A DNA stretch of 64,000 nt from Fimbriosthenelais zetlandica (Eukaryota): NCBI GenBank assembly GCA_977030845.1, contig OZ365111.1, positions 12,028,001 through 12,092,000 of the forward strand, given 5' to 3'. The notes below the pieces were generated by a model. That model had not been told where the DNA came from. It was given only the letters and a program-made list of their open reading frames with translations, and made no database searches. How positions within the stretch are numbered: the stretch's first letter is position 1; each line of letters starts with the position of its first letter. A program made the translations under genes and the position numbers. Of the stretch, positions 58,701 through 64,000 are shown in pieces.

Positions 58701-61700
58701 GAACTCTCTCCTCACCCTAAATTCTTTCCCTGGAAGCGAGGACTGATTTTCTGCTGCCAATAGGGTTATTCCTACTATCTGGTGAAAAGGATTGATTACA
58801 CATTTACAGGGAAAGCACTTATACATGTATAGAAGCCAGGTATGTATGTAATATTGTATGGTTCATGACACCTGCACACTTCATTAAATTTGAGAGGTTG
58901 GGAGTGATTTGGGAATCCATGTTCAGTCCTAGATAGCGCCCCTGGGCATGGGTATTGTAGTTGGCTGCAGGGGGAGAACTCGGTGCAACCTTTTTGGGGA
59001 GGAGAAAAAAAGACAAATGACTGCATGGGGGTCACAGCCCAAAGATTTTTTCATTAGGTGCGCAGCAAATTACTACCATTTGAAACAATTAGTCAAGGTT
59101 AAAGTCACAACCCTGAGGCGTTTTCACCGTCGCACTATACTTTTGTGTTATGAATGATTTATCATTGAGGCGTTTAAATATCTAGTTATCAAACTGTTGA
59201 CTTTGGCAGTGACTCCCTCGTGCTCATAGCTAGCTTTTCCTTTGATGAACAATTTCTCATTGTGTAGGCTAGTTAGATTGAGAATACCTGTGGTACATGC
59301 TTGTGCCCCTTTTATCCCTCACCTCTGACTCAGTACGTCCGTCTAATGGCTGCAAAACCACAACATTGACAATCTGTTCATTTTTTATGCCGCTTCCAAC
59401 TTATGAACGGTCTATTTTGAACATTTTGTTTGGTGCAGTCTAAACCAAAGGTTGTACTTAATGTTTTAATGACATATTAGAAATACAAAAAAAAAGAGAA
59501 AAAATCCCATTGTCTTTTTCAGAACTGACTTAATTCTGTACCTAAATTAACCATATAGTTATATGATATACCTCTGTCATTGCCATCTACCACTTGTCTA
59601 TACAACTGAACATAGCATTGCTCAACCAAAATAGAATTGTTACCAGAGAACTGGATATCATTTTATTAGAAGCACATGTATGGACCATGTCCTGAGGTCC
59701 ACCCCTTCCCCCGCCTCCCCGAGGAAGGATCCCCATCCCTCAACATGCTGAAGGCTTGAGAAAAGGGTTGATAAATGATGTAGGAGCCTAATATAGGCCA
59801 TGCATCCATACTCCCCTTCCTTTTACCCATCTTACTATAGGGAGACAAGACATGTGCTTGATAGTAGGTGAGTTAGCATTTCATTTAGCCTTCATTTTCT
59901 TCCACATCATTAAACCCATTAGGATATTCCCCAGTGAAATGCTTTGAAATGCAGTGAAATGCTCTGAAACCAAAAGTTGTATTGAAAATAATTCGTTGTA
60001 GACCGTTTGTATAGAAAAATCATATATCCCACCATGTAATAGATTTAGAGTCCTAACATGTTGCAGGCCGCAACATGTGGAACAGTTGAACCCCCGGGAG
60101 ATGAAAGTGTCATTATAATATCATGTTTCTACTTGGAAAATCTTACTGCCACTGTGTAGTTGTATTCGGTTCTCACTTCCACCCGAGGGCTCTCACTCTC
60201 TCCCTCAGTGGCATTTGGTCACTTGCCATTGATTTAAGCTGTTGCTTCAAGTGGCTATCAGATTCTTCCTACTGTTGCCCCTGACCTATAACAAATATTG
60301 TGTTTTTTCTCTCGGCCATTCAGAACACGGGTATTCATTTATGGTTGTACTCACTTGCACTTAAATCTTTTAGCCCTTACATTTTTTTTCTAATGGTGCC
60401 TTAATTGGGGATGAGTGTATCTACTCTTAAATTTAATAATATTATTTAAATGAAATCAGAATCGTTGACATATTATGGGGTCCTGAATATAAATTTCAAT
60501 GAAATCTCAATAATACTATGGATATAGGACAAGAAATAATGGAATTATAATCATATGATATAATTGATTTATTCACTGCAGTCGTGCTCTCGAAATTGAT
60601 ATCTTTCGATAAAGTATGGACAAGTGAAGCATGTTATTTAGTTTTTCGTATCACAACCACGCACCTCTGTCATATATAAGATAACTGATTAGATTCCCGC
60701 ATAAAGGATATTGGCATCATGGAGATGTAATCAGATGGATATGTAACTAATAGAGGCGTGGAGATTATGATTATCACAGACATTGATTGATTGATTTGGC
60801 TTTTTTCCACGTATAGAACGTGTAAATAGGCCGAATCTAAGGTGATGCCATTGACATATCTTAACATTGATAAGAAGTGAGAATTCTCATTTTAAAACAT
60901 ACTGTATTTTACTTAATATAATTGATTAGTATTATTCATCCCCAGGTATTGATCCCAACAATATCTGCCACCATCAGAAGGTCTGAAGTTATTTGAAATT
61001 TTCTGGGGCAAAAATAAGACAATAGATATTTTTGATATCTTCACCGACCCTAGCCCCATGTAGGCCTACGAACCCCCAATCGCTCCCCTACCTATACATT
61101 CTAGTCAGTCCTCTGAACATTACTATTGGGATCCACTTTGAGGGTTTCGCTGATAACTGACCGAGCTTGTACATTTGTCTCCCTCACCATCTTAGCTTAT
61201 CACATTCCTACCCTGCTCAGATAACAAGTCAGGAAGTTGGCCACTTAACCCAAGTTGTGTTTGTATACCGGAAGATGCTGGCAATGGGTGTCAATGAATC
61301 ATAGATGTTCCCTTACATGCGGCTGACCATGCTTTGTCGGGCAGCGCTCCCGATATTTTTGTTACTTATTTGGCCATAAAGTAATGGAATCTGTACCTTC
61401 TAAACTAAATTGTATTTTTTTTAAATGTCTATAATTCTCAGTAATTATGTCATACAATTTAAATTTTTAAAAAATAATTATTTTACTCGTATTCACAGAG
61501 AAATTATCATAGACTGAAGTGGTGCTACGGCTGAAATCCTATCCAAAAAGTTTTAAATACTTTGAGCCTATGACATTTAACCCTCATTTAGTGAGCAGTT
61601 GTCATCTGGCAGCGTCACACCTGTCAAGTTATGTCAACCTAGACAAGAGTTTATATGGTTGGCAGCTGTTGTGGTCATCTAAATGACATTTTACTGAGTA

Positions 61701-62492
61701 AGGAACAGTATTACAGTATACTGTATGACAGTGGTGAGTTGTCCCAGCCCCTCCCTGCTTTTATCCTAAGCCCCACATATTGATTTTGCTGGCCATTATG
61801 TCAGTCGTCACTGTCCACTGACCACTGAGGTTCTGTCTAATCAAAGTACACCCTTGGGCTATCTGGCCATTTCGTTAGTCCCATTCATCCCTCATACTAG
61901 GTTTGACCGGCTCGTTTGTACCCAGTGGGTCATTGAGGTGGCCCTTCACACACACCCTCCCCCCTGCTATTGTCCACCCTTGAATCGCCCATCAATGTGC
62001 CTTACTATTTCCTTATGAATGGCAACGTGTCACACGGGGCAGGCGCCAATCAGAGCGCGAAATTAGACTAGACATGTTATGTAATAAACCCGAAAATCTC
62101 ACTGCTGGAATGTGGGAACCTACGAAAGAGTTATGCACTAAAAATAGCCACCTCAAATGGGCTAATATAAGATAGAATCAAAATGGCGATCTGACACCAC
62201 TTTTCAATACGTTTCAATGAGTAATCATTGGTATATTTGGGGTTACTCATTGGTATATTTTGGGGCTTAGAGTTCTCTAATTTGGGGAAAAGTATTAGAT
62301 TATTTTGTGTCTGTGGATTATACTAGAATTAAGATATAATATAGAATTAAATATTTAATCGTCCAGTCAGACACTGTTTCCAGAAAAGATTTATTGCATT
62401 TTTGGCATCTTCACGGAAGTAATTGTCTTATCATTCTGATCTAAGGAAGTGCAACCCGATCTGGATGCCATAAACCTTAGCACATTGGATGT

Positions 62493-62565
62493 CGGAAGTT
62501 GTAACCATGGAAACCATTTATATATTACACCTCCCCTGTTTCAGGGGGTGCGTTTCCATGGTTAC
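62493..62565. promoter_or_regulatory. ETS site plus two RFX X-boxes in exact inverted arrangement
   Basis: CGGAAGT (62493), GTAACCATGGAAAC (62501-62514) and its exact reverse complement GTTTCCATGGTTAC (62552-62565). Confidence 0.65.
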
Positions 62566-63861
62566 CAAACCTAGGTGTTATTTCCTCGTGCGCCATGTCC
62601 GACCAGCATGTTGCGAATTGGCAGCAGAATAATAAACAGAGCATTAAGTTGGGAGTAAAGTAGGGTTTGGACTTAATGAAAATCTCCTTGATGTCCCGGG
62701 ATTGTCTATCAGGGCTACCCAGCTGGGTGGAAGGCGGAGATGAGATGTGTTTACTATCTTTATCAGCCTGCGGCCTGAAAAGAGCTTATTTATAATCACT
62801 GGTAATCCAAGATTGCTTATTTTACTGAGATTCTTCGTTAATTCCCCAGGAATCTGTAGGATCATTTGGTCTTTGATGCAGAACATATTTCCTGAAAAGA
62901 AGTGGGTGCCACTTTCCCATCGTTACCATGTTTGTAATCTGTGGCAGAAATTCAAAGTGAAATGTCAACAGGTGTCACATGTTATGAATGGTTTAGAAAG
63001 CATAATGATTAATGGCAAAACTTAATTTCTTATATTTTAATCATAATAAGATATAGTGACAACCCTCTATGCATCTTCTTGATGGATGATGATTGATTAT
63101 AATGCCAGGATATAATATATGTAATTTCTTCAGAGATAACTACCTATCTCTTTCCTTTCACCCTTGCATTGAAATACATGGGATTGCAACTTCCATTTAT
63201 GAATTGAAACAAGCTGGTATATTTTGACAAAACAAAGTGTACCTAAATAGAATTTTTCATAATCAAATATACTATAGGAGGACCCAGCGGGTTAGCAAGT
63301 GCTCTTCCTGCCAGCACTGAGCACATTGGATGATTAGCTCATAATTATTATCATGTGTTTTATTGCTGACCCACCCAGGGAAATTAGGGTCCATGTTTAA
63401 TCACTGGCTTGATTGGTGCCCATACATTCATATGTACTGAATGATTGGGTTGGATTTAGTAGGCGTTCATATCATTGGGACGATGTATTACATATATTGT
63501 ATTATTTATATTACATATGCATAATGTTGTACAGATATCAAATATTATTAAGGAAATATTCACCTATTGCCATTTTCAATTCAATGTTATGGCATTATAC
63601 AGAAATGTACAGGATGAGGGGCCATATCATTTATACCATTAGTCCCTAACTTCATGAAATAGTTATGAAATCTGTACCTTTGTAGTAATAATATTAGGTA
63701 TCGTTTTACTACAGGACGGAAATACCGGTATTTCACATCCAGTATGTCAATGATTGATATGACTGTGACATCATCTCACACAATGAAACCCAGACTATGA
63801 TAATGGAACCACTATATACCATGACTAGTTGGTATTAGCCAGTATGTGTATTAACTTTATA

Positions 63862-64000
63862 CCGTACTTGCCGGTGTATAACGCGCTCCGGGCTATAACG
63901 CGCACCCCCCTACCTCTCAAGTAAAATCCATATATAGTGCGCACCGGTGTATAACGCGCAATTTGTATACCCGTTTCTCCCACCCCAGACAGTGTCCTCC
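63862..64000. mobile_element. Left end of a Tc2/pogo-type (CCGTA-terminus) DNA transposon, truncated by the window edge
   Basis: TA|CCGTACTTGCCGGTGTATAACGCGC with subterminal repeats of TATAACGCGC (x3), the typical layout of CCGTA-TIR elements; right end not visible. Confidence 0.65.

Overview
AT-rich, intron-rich genomic DNA from an invertebrate animal (no prokaryotic features, no CRISPR). Three protein-coding genes can be assembled by hand from GT-AG exons, all on the minus strand. (1) The 5' end of a beta-heavy spectrin (karst/SPTBN5-like): CH1 exons at 3828-3995 and 4229-4348, with about 23 kb of upstream intron/5' region; the rest of the gene runs off the left edge. (2) A compact 6-exon GT7 glycosyltransferase (30479-32795, 312 aa), predicted to be a beta-1,4-GalNAc transferase. 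(3) A complete CDKL1 kinase gene (37847-51158, 9-10 coding exons). The remainder holds MITEs, tRNA-derived SINE-like copies, decayed LINE relics, small tandem duplications and promoter-like motif clusters (RFX X-boxes, CTCF, YY1, ETS). The most unusual signal is a family of palindromic octamers TA-GGCC-TA, TA-CCGG-TA, TA-CATG-TA and TA-GATC-TA. The GGCC and CCGG forms are densely packed around promoter-like regions (26-30 kb, 50.7-55.5 kb) and form chains sharing a TA. In three independent pairs of repeat copies inside this window they appear as clean 6-bp insertions at a TA. This is the pattern expected of accumulated Tc1/mariner-type excision footprints, i.e. a possible fossil record of germline transposon traffic in open chromatin. 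That interpretation is inference and needs genome-wide testing.
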